A DNA stretch of 64,000 nucleotides from an uncultured bacterium. Its GTDB lineage: Bacteria; Patescibacteriota; Patescibacteriia; UBA9570; XYC2-FULL-38-9. Below the pieces are notes generated by a model. That model had not been told where the DNA came from, searched no databases, and saw only the letters and a program-made list of their open reading frames with translations. A program made the translations under genes and the position numbers. Numbering within the stretch: position 1 is the first letter of the stretch; every line of letters starts with the position of its first letter. Shown here piece by piece: positions 18,739-27,679 of this stretch. The stretch is taken from assembly GCA_937996685.1 (NCBI GenBank), contig CALKUP010000016.1, positions 18,284 through 82,283 of the forward strand, read 5' to 3'.

Positions 18739-19164
18739 TTATTCCTTAGCCGCGGCTTTTTTTGCTGGAGTCTTTTTTTCTTTCACGACTTTTTCAGCAA
18801 CTGGTTTGAGTTCCAAATCTTTTTTGACAGAGTCTAAGATTTTTACAAACAATTCTGGATAGTCTTCTGCAATCAATCCGAGGATTTTGCGATCAACTTC
18901 GATATCGTTTTTCTTCAGCGCACCAATGAATTTACTATAAGAAGTTCCATTGAGCTTTGCAGCTGCAGAAATTTTGATCTGCCAACCAGCGCGACGTGTG
19001 CGCTTTTTCTGTTTGCGATGATCAAATGCGCGTTGACCAGCTTTTTTAATAGCAGTCTTTGCTTCACGTGTTAAATTTTTACGACCTTGTGAAAACCCTT
19101 TGGCTTTCTTTAAAATCGCTTTTCGTTTTTTGGTGCGGACTGCACCTCGTTTGACTCGTGCCAT
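18739..19164 (-). CDS. rplT: 50S ribosomal protein L20 (with K/A-rich C-terminal extension)
   Basis: MARVKRGAVRTKKRKAILKKAKGF...RKQKKRTRRAGWQ. infC-rpmI-rplT order conserved. Confidence 0.9.
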   Translation of the reverse strand: MARVKRGAVRTKKRKAILKKAKGFSQGRKNLTREAKTAIKKAGQRAFDHRKQKKRTRRAGWQIKISAAAKLNGTSYSKFIGALKKNDIEVDRKILGLIAEDYPELFVKILDSVKKDLELKPVAEKVVKEKKTPAKKAAAKE

Positions 19165-19193
19165 ACAATAATGATGTTACAGTGTTTAGGATC

Positions 19194-19409
19194 TTACGCT
19201 TGCCCCAGGGCTCGTTTAACGTTTCGTGTAATAGTCTTTGAAACCGGAGTATCACTGCGTTTATTGCGCTTTGTCTTTCCGCTTTCTCGGCTGTTGAAAT
19301 GATCTTGACCAGCTTTTCGGGTCATGAGTTTTCCTCCTTTTTTGGCGTTGCCACCTTTGGTGACAGTCACGCGCTTGCTGATGACTTTTCGAGTTTTGAG
19401 TTTAGGCAT
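19194..19409 (-). CDS. rpmI: 50S ribosomal protein L35
   Basis: MPKLKTRKVISKRVTVTKGGN... Confidence 0.85.
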   Translation of the reverse strand: MPKLKTRKVISKRVTVTKGGNAKKGGKLMTRKAGQDHFNSRESGKTKRNKRSDTPVSKTITRNVKRALGQA

Positions 19410-19418
19410 AGGTATAGC

Positions 19419-19988
19419 TTATTTTTTCTTCATTGCAATCGTTGTTGAGAACTTGCCGCCCATGCGACCAATTGGCTGTTCCACAACAACCTCTCTCTCA
19501 AGAAGCTCAATATAGCGGTCAATCACTTTTTTGGCAAGTTCTGGGTGGGCTTTTTCACGACCACGGAGCAAAAGCTCAATTCGGACTTTGTCACCCTTAT
19601 CAAGGAATTTTTGACCAGCGTTGACGCGAACGAGCATATCATGTTCGCCAATTTTGACGGATAAACGAATGCCTTTTGTTTCGCCAGTGGTCTTTTTCGC
19701 ACTTGAACGGTTTTTTCGTTCTTGTTTTTCCTTTTGATACTGCAATTTGCCAAAATCAACGATTTTCGCAACTGGAGGAGTGCCTTTTGGGCCAACTTCG
19801 ACTAAATCAAGGCCGCTTTCTTGTGCTTTTGCGATCGCGTCAGCAGTTGGAGTCGGTCCAATTTGTTCTCCATCAACACCGATCAGAAATACTTCTGGAA
19901 CGTTGATTTCTTGATTTTTACGAAAAGCCTTTCCAAGGTCCGGCTTTTTGAAGTCTTGGCGGCGACGTGGCCGAAAATGTCGTGAAAT
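19419..19988 (-). CDS. infC: translation initiation factor IF-3, probable AUU start
   Basis: The track ORF (19419..19745) covers only the C-terminal domain. The frame is open upstream to a TAA and has no ATG/GTG/TTG. An ATT at complement(19986..19988) gives ISRHFRPRRRQDFKKPDLGKAFRKNQEINVPEVFLIGVDGEQIGPTPTADAIAKAQESGLDLVEVGPKGTPPVAKIVDFGKLQYQKEK..., a canonical IF3 N-domain. Confidence 0.75.
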   Translation of the reverse strand: MSRHFRPRRRQDFKKPDLGKAFRKNQEINVPEVFLIGVDGEQIGPTPTADAIAKAQESGLDLVEVGPKGTPPVAKIVDFGKLQYQKEKQERKNRSSAKKTTGETKGIRLSVKIGEHDMLVRVNAGQKFLDKGDKVRIELLLRGREKAHPELAKKVIDRYIELLEREVVVEQPIGRMGGKFSTTIAMKKK

Positions 19989-20011
19989 AGTAGTAAAACT
20001 TAATTCTTAAT

Positions 20012-20402
20012 TGGTGGAAATGACGGGACTCACACCCGTGTCTCGCTCGTGAAACATATATCATCTCCATGCTCAGATCGTTTGGTAATTTCGATAATGA
20101 AAACAAAAACGAACAAATGGTTCAGTATCTATCTTTGAGAAATGTCCATTACGCGCCAAAGAATCACGGAATGTAAGTCGCGGTTAAAGTGATACCGCAG
20201 GCAGTCGTAGCGACGTCAGACTGCGGCGATAGTTGCAGAATTTAGGCTGCAACAGGAGCCAATTCAAAAGACGCAAGCTTTGCAGCGGCAGTCTTCAAAC
20301 GGCTAGTGAAGTTTGCACTTCGAATAGTGAGATGTTTTACGAGAACCTCAACTCGACATGCAGATATATGTTGTCAATGAACGGTCAACGATAAACATCC
20401 CC
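20012..20402 (-). ncRNA. ssrA: tmRNA (SsrA), 391 nt
   Basis: Minus-strand RNA. 5-prime GGGGAUG pairs with 3-prime CAUUUCC-A-CCA (G3:U70 wobble as in tRNA-Ala). T-arm ACGGG-UGUGAGU-CCCGU. Internal tag frame GCA AAC UUC ... GCU CCU GUU GCA GCC UAA encodes ...FELAPVAA*. Sits immediately downstream of smpB. Confidence 0.8.
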
Positions 20403-20452
20403 ATATAACCTTGTATACCGAAAAATCAGGATACAAGGCTAAATGCAACGGT

Positions 20453-20893
20453 TTATGATTGTTTCATTAAGCGAGCAAGATCTCGTTTAACGTCTCTTTG
20501 TTTGATTTTTTCACGTTTGTCGTGTTTTTTAAGACCCTTTGCGAGCTGCAACCGAACCTTAATCAAACCGGACTTACTATACACAATTTCAGGGACAATT
20601 GTCAACCCTTTTTCTTGTAATTTCCCAATAATTCGCTTGATTTCAGATTTGCGAAGCAAGAGCTTGCGGTCGTGCTCTGGAGTGTAGCCGACTTGGTTCT
20701 TGATTTGGTAGGCAGCAATGTGTGAATTGACTAGCCAAATCTCGTTATCACGCAGACTGACATAGGTTCCTTTGAGGTTCATGCGGCCATTTTTGACGGA
20801 TTTCACTTCAGCGCCAGATAGCACAATACCAGCTTCAAAAGCTTCGAGAAATTCGTAATTGTGACGTGCGTCTTTATTAATAATCCGTTCCAT
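20453..20893 (-). CDS. smpB: SsrA-binding protein SmpB
   Basis: MERIINKDARHNYEFLEAFEAGIVLSGAEVKSVKNGRMNLKGTYV... Confidence 0.9.
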   Translation of the reverse strand: MERIINKDARHNYEFLEAFEAGIVLSGAEVKSVKNGRMNLKGTYVSLRDNEIWLVNSHIAAYQIKNQVGYTPEHDRKLLLRKSEIKRIIGKLQEKGLTIVPEIVYSKSGLIKVRLQLAKGLKKHDKREKIKQRDVKRDLARLMKQS

Positions 20894-21158
20894 TGTGGCA
20901 GTATACGCGAGAGAGTGCGAAAAATCAACGATTTTCTGTTTATTTTCATGAATCTCTTTTTTGGCGGTATATCCATTGACAAAACAGGTGAAAAAGTGTT
21001 AGGTTCTTTTGATTTGCAATCAAGCAAATTGTTCGTTTTATTTATAGAGCAGGTGTATTTCTGTGGGCGCGCTGTGTGGCTGATTATGAAGTGATTCAGC
21101 AATAGAGCGCACTCACAGAAGCACGAATAACCGTGTGGTGACATGCAAGGAGGTATGC

Positions 21159-21641
21159 ATGTATCTTCGGCTTTGGAATTGCGAGAACCCCTTCGGACTC
21201 TCTTTTACGGACCTGTGCGTCCGTCTCGCCGAGAGAGACGATCCATACACGCTGTCGCTCACTGATCCCTCCGGTGCCGTCGTCAGGCTCAATGAGCGAC
21301 AGCTCAGGGATGGGCGGCCCTTCACCTTCTGCGAAGAAGGGGTCGGAATGACCCTGAGCCTCCTCTCTCATGAGGTGGGTCTTGGTTATTTTGATTTGAG
21401 CACGAGTGAGGATCAGCCGCTCCTGCCGGATCAGATCGCGCGAATTGCCGCACGTTGGTACATTGATGGAGTGGATGAATTGATTCTTCAGGTCGAGTCG
21501 AGCAAGGACCAGTCGCGAATCAGCTCCAAAGAAAGGAAAGAGGTGATCGACGCCTTTATCCGGCTCTGGTCAAGTGATCGCCGTCTTCCTCTGCTTGCCA
21601 TCGACGGCGAGGACGTGAATTGGGAACTCGTCACGCGGTAG
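21159..21641 (+). CDS. hypothetical protein (GC-rich island), paralog of 21878..22450
   Basis: ATG at 21159 with an AAGGAGG SD. C-terminal ...KERKEVIDAFIRLWSSDRRLP resembles ...EKRRAIVRAFIELWPQLARGKP in the next gene. Confidence 0.5.
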   Translation: MYLRLWNCENPFGLSFTDLCVRLAERDDPYTLSLTDPSGAVVRLNERQLRDGRPFTFCEEGVGMTLSLLSHEVGLGYFDLSTSEDQPLLPDQIARIAARWYIDGVDELILQVESSKDQSRISSKERKEVIDAFIRLWSSDRRLPLLAIDGEDVNWELVTR

Positions 21642-21877
21642 TTTTTATTGTGCGGGCTACTTAAAACATAGCCCGCACCAGAACTACCGCAGCACCTGCT
21701 CATTTTTTCTCAGTAAATCTCACGCAGATTTTTTGAGAAAAGATTGAATTATATTCGATCTGTTCATTTTTAATTTAGAGCAGACACGCTTTGTGGGTGA
21801 GATTTTGCATTGATGTGTATTATATTGATGCTGGATTTCACTCACAGAGCACGTTCGTCGTGCAAAGGAGAGATGCG

Positions 21878-22450
21878 ATGTTTGTTTACATCGGTCACGC
21901 CATCACTTGGGCTCAATTGTGTCGTCGATACCGCAGTCCGCATGGTGGAGACCCGTACGGTCTTCATCTTCCTGTTGATCGATTGGATTGGAAGCTGACT
22001 CGTAAGCAGCGGTCGAGCGTCGTAGACGGCATCTACGTGGTGAGTGAGCATCAGGCTCGAACCTGGGCAGAGTTCACCATCAACGATGGCGCAGGAGGTT
22101 TGTTCTTCAGTTGTGAGGAGAGCGCAGGAGGCTTTTTCGAGCTTGTTGGTTCTGACGACCGGCAAGGGGCTAAGGATGGCGCTGAGTTCACTCCTGAGTT
22201 TATTGTCGGGGTTTGCGCGGATTTCACGGAGATCGGTGGTCCTGCGCTTGAGGTCGACGTTGAAGACTTCTACGGCCATTCGCCTGACGATGAAGATTGG
22301 ACTTTCAAAGACGATCCTGAGAAGCGCCGCGCGATCGTGCGCGCCTTCATCGAGCTGTGGCCGCAGCTCGCTCGGGGCAAGCCCATGCCCAAGCTCAAGA
22401 TCTGCGGGAAGCGGATCCGCTACGGCGCGTACCCTAAGCACCCCTGGTAG
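21878..22450 (+). CDS. hypothetical protein (GC-rich island), paralog of 21159..21641
   Basis: ATG at 21878 preceded by AAAGGAGAGA. Acidic and W/F/Y-containing, protein-like. The antisense ORF 21842..22510 is judged spurious. Confidence 0.5.
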   Translation: MFVYIGHAITWAQLCRRYRSPHGGDPYGLHLPVDRLDWKLTRKQRSSVVDGIYVVSEHQARTWAEFTINDGAGGLFFSCEESAGGFFELVGSDDRQGAKDGAEFTPEFIVGVCADFTEIGGPALEVDVEDFYGHSPDDEDWTFKDDPEKRRAIVRAFIELWPQLARGKPMPKLKICGKRIRYGAYPKHPW

Positions 22451-22653
22451 CGTTCCTTCGGACGAATGAACGATTGACGAACTTTGAGGACTTGCGCAAC
22501 GCACCCTCAAAACCGTCAGTGCCTGCTCATCGTCTCTGAGTACGTCTCATGTAGATGTGTTGAGAGACGATTACAATGAAAAATAAAGAACTTACTAGAG
22601 TTTCGTGGTCTTTTTTGGTATACTCGAAAGAGTTATTATTGATTGATTTTATT

Positions 22654-23613
22654 ATGCTCGTCCCAGGAAAATTATTACTCGATCACGCGTTTGCAAATCA
22701 GTATGCTGTTGGAGCGTTCAACGCAAACAACATGGAGCAAGTGCAAGCGATTATTGACGCGGCAGCTGCCACGAACTCGCCAGTCTTTATTCAGGTGTCA
22801 CGTGGTGCGCTCGAATATTCTCGGATGACGTATTTGCGAAATATTATTCTTGCGGCGGTTGAAGAACATCCGGAAATTCCTGTTGCGATGCATCTTGATC
22901 ACGGCAGCGATCTTGAAATTGTGAAACGCGCGATTGAACTTGGGTTTACATCAGTGATGATTGACGGGTCGCTTGATCCGACAGGCAAGCGTGCTTTGTC
23001 GTTTGAAGAAAACCTTGCAGTGACACAATCCGTATTGGAGTATGCACGTCCGCTGGGAGTGACGGTTGAAGCAGAGCTTGGAACGATTGGCGGCGTTGAA
23101 GATGAAGCTGGGGTTAACGCGATTCATTACACCGATCCCGCCCAAGCTGAATTATTTATGAAAGAAGCGCCAGTGGATTCATTGGCGGTTGCGATTGGAA
23201 CTGCGCACGGGGCAGTGAAGTTTGAAGGTGAATGTATTTTGCGCCATGATTTATTGCAAGAAATTCACAAACGATTGCCGAATACACCGCTTGTGATGCA
23301 TGGTAGCTCGTCAGTGCCAGAAGAGTTAGTTGCGCAAGTAAACAAATACGGCGGACACATGCCGAATGCGAAAGGTGTCGACATTGAACAGTTGCAGCAA
23401 ACAACACAATTTGGTGTTTCGAAAATCAATGTTGATACAGATGGTCGCATTGCTGTGACAGCTGCAATTCGAAAAATATTTGCAGAAAAGCCAGAAGAGT
23501 TCGATCCGCGAAAATATCTTGGACCTGCTCGCGATGCGCTGACAGAAGTTGTGAAAGCGCGGATGATTGCATTTGGTGCGGCAGGACATGCATCAAAGAT
23601 TTCTCAGTCATAA
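22654..23613 (+). CDS. fba: fructose-bisphosphate aldolase, class II
   Basis: MLVPGKLLLDHAFANQYAVGAFNANNMEQVQAIIDAA...MHLDHGS... Start moved to the in-frame ATG that aligns with the class II FBA N-terminus (the track ATG at 22576 adds 26 aa). Confidence 0.8.
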   Translation: MLVPGKLLLDHAFANQYAVGAFNANNMEQVQAIIDAAAATNSPVFIQVSRGALEYSRMTYLRNIILAAVEEHPEIPVAMHLDHGSDLEIVKRAIELGFTSVMIDGSLDPTGKRALSFEENLAVTQSVLEYARPLGVTVEAELGTIGGVEDEAGVNAIHYTDPAQAELFMKEAPVDSLAVAIGTAHGAVKFEGECILRHDLLQEIHKRLPNTPLVMHGSSSVPEELVAQVNKYGGHMPNAKGVDIEQLQQTTQFGVSKINVDTDGRIAVTAAIRKIFAEKPEEFDPRKYLGPARDALTEVVKARMIAFGAAGHASKISQS

Positions 23614-23677
23614 AGACCATTTGGCAGAAAACCAAAAATCAACTATGATACATAGGTAATAAAAAATAATAGATTGT

Positions 23678-24370
23678 ATGAGTCAAAAAACAGCAAAAGA
23701 ACAACGCAAAGCAAACGCAGGCAACGCACAACGCAGCGCCGCGCTTAAAAAATATGGAATCGCCGTTGTCGTGGTATTGGCAGTAGTTGGTTTAATTGCT
23801 GCCATTGTGATGACACGAGAAACCGCCGGTTCTATTTCTGATAAAACACCAGACCCAACAGCTGGCAAGGCTGATGCGGCAGTTGTTGTTCGTGTATATG
23901 AAGATTTTCAATGTCCAGCATGTGCTGGCGTGCAACCAGTGGTTGAAGATTTGATTAAAGAATATGGCGATCGTGTGAAATTTATCTTTAATGATTTCCC
24001 ATTGCCGCAACACAAAAATGCAACGACCGCAGCTGTTGCAGCGCAATGTGTGTTTGATCAAGGAAAATACGTTGAATATGCTGGCGTGTTGTTTTCAAAA
24101 CAGGCAGAATGGGAGTTGTTGTCAACAGAAAAAGCCCAAGATAAATTACGTGGCTATGCACAAGATCTCGGAGTTGATGTGAATAAATTTAATGAATGTG
24201 TGGCAGATTCCGCAACAGCTGACCGTGTGACAGAAGACTTGGAAGAAGGTCGGACGCTTGGTGTGAATTCGACACCATCATTTTTCGTCGGAGATAAAAA
24301 AGTTACCGAAACGCCATTCTCCGCTTCATTGAAAAATGAAATTGACGCAGCGTTAAAAGCCGCGCAATAA
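23678..24370 (+). CDS. DsbA-like thiol:disulfide oxidoreductase, membrane-anchored
   Basis: TM anchor, then ...VVRVYEDFQCPACAGVQPVVEDL... (CPAC active site, thioredoxin fold). Confidence 0.7.
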   Translation: MSQKTAKEQRKANAGNAQRSAALKKYGIAVVVVLAVVGLIAAIVMTRETAGSISDKTPDPTAGKADAAVVVRVYEDFQCPACAGVQPVVEDLIKEYGDRVKFIFNDFPLPQHKNATTAAVAAQCVFDQGKYVEYAGVLFSKQAEWELLSTEKAQDKLRGYAQDLGVDVNKFNECVADSATADRVTEDLEEGRTLGVNSTPSFFVGDKKVTETPFSASLKNEIDAALKAAQ

Positions 24371-24374
24371 ATTC

Positions 24375-24896
24375 ATGACACATTTCGCGCGCTTATTGTT
24401 TGATAATCCATGGACATTGTTCCTGATTCGCGTACTCAACGGCGGCATCTTTTTCTTGTTCGGTCTTGGAAAAGCCGTGCAGCCGCATCAGCAGTTTTAT
24501 GAAGTGATGAAGGTTTATGATATTTTGCCGCAGCAATTTATTCCACCCGTTGGCAGCACGTTGATTTATGTTGATGTGATTATCGGGATATTTTTATTCC
24601 TTGGTTTGTTTACGCGCTTTTCTGCGTGGGTAGTTTCAGGGCTTCTGGTGTTTTATATGGTGATTATTTCTCAGGCTGTTTTGCGTGGTATTCCGCTTGA
24701 AAATTGTGGGTGTTCCGGCGGATACATCGAGCTTGGAACAACACCAGCGCAAGTGCTGACCCGCGACCTGATCATGCTTGCGTCGATGCTGTGGTTCTTA
24801 TTTGCAAAGAGTCGTTCTGCACTTCGGCTTGATGCGTGGGTTGCTGGAAGTGACGAAGATGTGCTAGAAATCACAGCAACAGAAGACGAAGAATAA
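24375..24896 (+). CDS. DoxX/MauE-like small membrane protein with CGCSGG motif
   Basis: Four TM helices and a C-terminal ...IPLENCGCSGGYIELG. Sits between the dsbA-like gene and trxB. Confidence 0.5.
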   Translation: MTHFARLLFDNPWTLFLIRVLNGGIFFLFGLGKAVQPHQQFYEVMKVYDILPQQFIPPVGSTLIYVDVIIGIFLFLGLFTRFSAWVVSGLLVFYMVIISQAVLRGIPLENCGCSGGYIELGTTPAQVLTRDLIMLASMLWFLFAKSRSALRLDAWVAGSDEDVLEITATEDEE

Positions 24897-24922
24897 TATT
24901 TTACATACATTACTTTTTCTAT

Positions 24923-25849
24923 ATGACATACGATTTGATTATTATCGGCGGTTCAGCAGCAGGAGCATCAGCGGCAATTTATGGGGCTCGTCGCAAACTC
25001 AACTTGCTTCTTATTTCTGAAGATTTTGGCGGGGAAGTCGCGCGGTCTGGTGAAGTGGCGAACTATCCGGGTTTTGTGAATATTCAAGGGATTGATTTAG
25101 CGGAAGAGTTCAAAAAACACGTTGAAGCGAATGGTGTTGCGCCAGAATTGAATGTGCGTGTGACGTCAATGAAAAAAGACGGAGATGAATTTGTGATTAC
25201 AGCAACCAAAAATGGTGAAGAAATAACCTATCGTGCGTATGCAGTGATTGTGGCAACCGGTGTGCATCCGCGATATTTGGGAGTACCAGGAGAAGAAGAA
25301 TTTACTGGCAAAGGCGTGACATGGTGCACAACGTGTGACGGTCCATTATTCCGTAATAAAAAGGTGGTGACAATTGGCGGCGGCAACAGCGCACTTGAGT
25401 CCGCATTGATGCTTGCGGAAATTGCGACGCACGTGACATTGATTAACAAAAATGCGACGTTTAAGGGTGAGCAAGTGTTGATTGATAAAGCGACAGCGCA
25501 CGACAATATCGACATTATCTACAATGCAAAGACAGAAAAAATTACTGGTGAGTTAGTAGTGAACGGAGTAGATTATATTGATAGTGAAGGCAGCGCGCAG
25601 CACATTGACGCACAAGGAGTGTTTATTCACATTGGCTTAATTCCAAATAGTGGAATGGTTGGTGAGGATGTTGTGAAAAACCCAATGAAAGAAATTGAAG
25701 TCAATCAAAAATGTGAAACGAATATCGAAGGCTTGTTTGCGGCTGGAGATGTGACAACTGTTCCATATAAACAAATCGCCATTGCGACAGGGCAAGGCGT
25801 GATCGCGTCTTTGTCTGCGATTGAATATCTGAACCGCCGCGGCGCGTAA
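24923..25849 (+). CDS. trxB: thioredoxin-disulfide reductase
   Basis: DLIIIGGSAAGASAAIYGAR (FAD), CTTCDG redox-active disulfide, GGGNSA (NADPH). Confidence 0.85.
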   Translation: MTYDLIIIGGSAAGASAAIYGARRKLNLLLISEDFGGEVARSGEVANYPGFVNIQGIDLAEEFKKHVEANGVAPELNVRVTSMKKDGDEFVITATKNGEEITYRAYAVIVATGVHPRYLGVPGEEEFTGKGVTWCTTCDGPLFRNKKVVTIGGGNSALESALMLAEIATHVTLINKNATFKGEQVLIDKATAHDNIDIIYNAKTEKITGELVVNGVDYIDSEGSAQHIDAQGVFIHIGLIPNSGMVGEDVVKNPMKEIEVNQKCETNIEGLFAAGDVTTVPYKQIAIATGQGVIASLSAIEYLNRRGA

Positions 25850-25876
25850 GTAAGATTTACCCCCGTAAGTATTGAT

Positions 25877-25917
25877 AAAATAGCCTCTGTATGTTATAAT
25901 GCGAGGCTATTTTTTAT
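25877..25917 (+). terminator. intrinsic terminator after trxB
   Basis: aaaaTAGCCTCtgtatgttataatgcGAGGCTAtttttt. Confidence 0.55.
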
Positions 25918-26011
25918 TGAAAAAATAGTTGATCTTTGTCAAAAAATGGGCATCAAAAGCCCGTTCAGAGAAGCAAAAAAAATCCAACCCTTGAATAAAG
26001 AGAGGTTTGCC

Positions 26012-27292
26012 ATGAGCAAATTCGTTTTCGTGCCCCACGAGTCGACCGAGGCTGCTCCCCGGGTGATTCCCGAGGGTTGCTCGCCCGCTTTGGCGCGGTC
26101 GGTTGCTGTCATGAATGAGCTGAGTCTCCAAAGCATCACCTCGCAGGCGCGATTTACGGCCGCCGGTGCTGAGGTCGGCAAAATCCAGATCCGAGCGGTC
26201 TGGGTGCTGGTCGCCGTAACGGTGGTCAGCACACTCATGTCTGCGGGTGCTGGCGGGCTTGGTATTCACCTTCAGGCGGAAGGTTTGGAGTCAGCGTTTT
26301 CGTTTCTCGCGCCGAGCGCTTGCGGCGCAGCGCTCTCGGCGCTGCTCTGGCACCGTGCGGAGCACCGGGCGAAGGCTTTGGGTGCGCCAGAGCTCGGAGA
26401 GCAGTGGCGCAACTATTGCGCCGCGCGGGAGGCGCTGCGCAAAGCGATTTTTCTGTACCGAGCCGGAGTGATTGATGCACGAAGACTGAGCATGGTTTTG
26501 CGGCAAGTGTGCCTACAGGTTTGGGCGGCATCCCCACCTACCGACGAGGAGCTCTTCGCTCGTTGGCAAAGCGAGCAAGACCGATACCTCTTCGAGGATG
26601 GTGACGATGGGTTTTCGAAATTGGAGCTGGATCATTACGTCCAGCTCCGGACTGAAGGCCAGAAAGTCTGGATGGACGGAAGGCTAAAAGGCAAGCTCGC
26701 GAAGCTGCGTGAGGTGCACATCGCCCGTTTGCGCCAGATTCAGCTCTGGCAGGCGAGTGTCCGGTGGCTGCCATTTATTGGCGAAGCGGTTAGTGCACTC
26801 ATTGGTCGCCTGAGTTTGATTGAGGATCAGCGCTATGAGTGGCTGGCGGTCGAGAAGACCATTGCCGGCTACACTGAGGTCATCGAACAGATGGCCACGC
26901 CGCTGACTGCCTACCAAGAGTTTCTCATGCACTGTGCGGAAGCGCTGTGTGAGAAACTTGCAGAAGGCGATGCTGACAAGGCTCTGTATATTCACGGGAC
27001 CCTTGAGGGATTCGTCGGCCTGCCTCAGTTGACGCGTAAGATTGCTGAAGCGTTTGTTGCAGAGCGTTTCCCTGGCTCAGAGGAAGCGTTTACTGCCTGG
27101 AAGGAAGCGGAGCGTAAGTTCCTCCCCGAGCTGGCAAAGGTCACCGAGAACATTCTCGGTGCCGAGCACGCCGATTGGCTGCGCTTTCGCGTTACCGCAA
27201 CCAATAGCCTCGAGCAAGCGCTTTCGAGTATCTTCCTCCGCGGCGTCGCGGAAGGTGCTCCAAGCGGCGAAGGCGCAGAAGTCCCCGCATAG
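26012..27292 (+). CDS. hypothetical protein (GC-rich island)
   Basis: ATG at 26012 with an AGAGAGG SD. 426 aa and helical. The 3-prime end (…GEGAEVPA*) lies inside the first copy of a 133-bp repeat. Confidence 0.5.
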   Translation: MSKFVFVPHESTEAAPRVIPEGCSPALARSVAVMNELSLQSITSQARFTAAGAEVGKIQIRAVWVLVAVTVVSTLMSAGAGGLGIHLQAEGLESAFSFLAPSACGAALSALLWHRAEHRAKALGAPELGEQWRNYCAAREALRKAIFLYRAGVIDARRLSMVLRQVCLQVWAASPPTDEELFARWQSEQDRYLFEDGDDGFSKLELDHYVQLRTEGQKVWMDGRLKGKLAKLREVHIARLRQIQLWQASVRWLPFIGEAVSALIGRLSLIEDQRYEWLAVEKTIAGYTEVIEQMATPLTAYQEFLMHCAEALCEKLAEGDADKALYIHGTLEGFVGLPQLTRKIAEAFVAERFPGSEEAFTAWKEAERKFLPELAKVTENILGAEHADWLRFRVTATNSLEQALSSIFLRGVAEGAPSGEGAEVPA

Positions 27293-27399
27293 ATACGCAG
27301 GGCGATTCGCTGGAGATACCAGTTCTTCAGCGAATGACAACCGCCAGTTCCCGTCGACGCAGGTCAACGGAGAATTTCGGCGGTTTTTTCTTATAGAAA
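27266..27399 (+). repeat. direct repeat copy 1 (~133 bp) containing inverted repeat + hairpin/T-tract terminator
   Basis: ggcgaaggcgcagaagtcccCgcAtag...gcgattcgctggaga...cagcgaatgacaaccgccagttcccgtcgacgcaggtcaacggAgaatttcggcggttttttcttatagaaa. About 90% identical to 28296..28428. Confidence 0.8.
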
Positions 27400-27679
27400 A
27401 GAAGGAGGGATACATCTTGACAAATGAGGTTTATATACGTATGGTATTGAGTCTATTTTCTCTATAGAAAATAGCTGGTCTTTGAACCAAATAGTGAGCG
27501 TTTTAGTATCGTTTGCAGTACACAGTCAAGGAATCAAACATCTTCGTTATCAAGAAGGTTGTTGATTCTCTATTGTGTGCTGTGAACGATCGCGTGAGTC
27601 TAACCCGAAAATCACTTCAGGTACGACACACTCGAGCTTGCTCAGCATCACTGCGGTTTGTCCGCATGTGGAAGTACTC

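Noticed and set aside
19990-20040. tRNA-like T-arm/ACCA end considered as a tRNA gene
   Set aside because: No D-arm or anticodon arm within ~90 nt. The acceptor partner lies ~390 nt upstream and a tag ORF is present, so it is tmRNA, not tRNA.
19918-20106. 62-aa minus-strand ORF in the track
   Set aside because: Overlaps the 3-prime end of the tmRNA. Better explained by the RNA gene.
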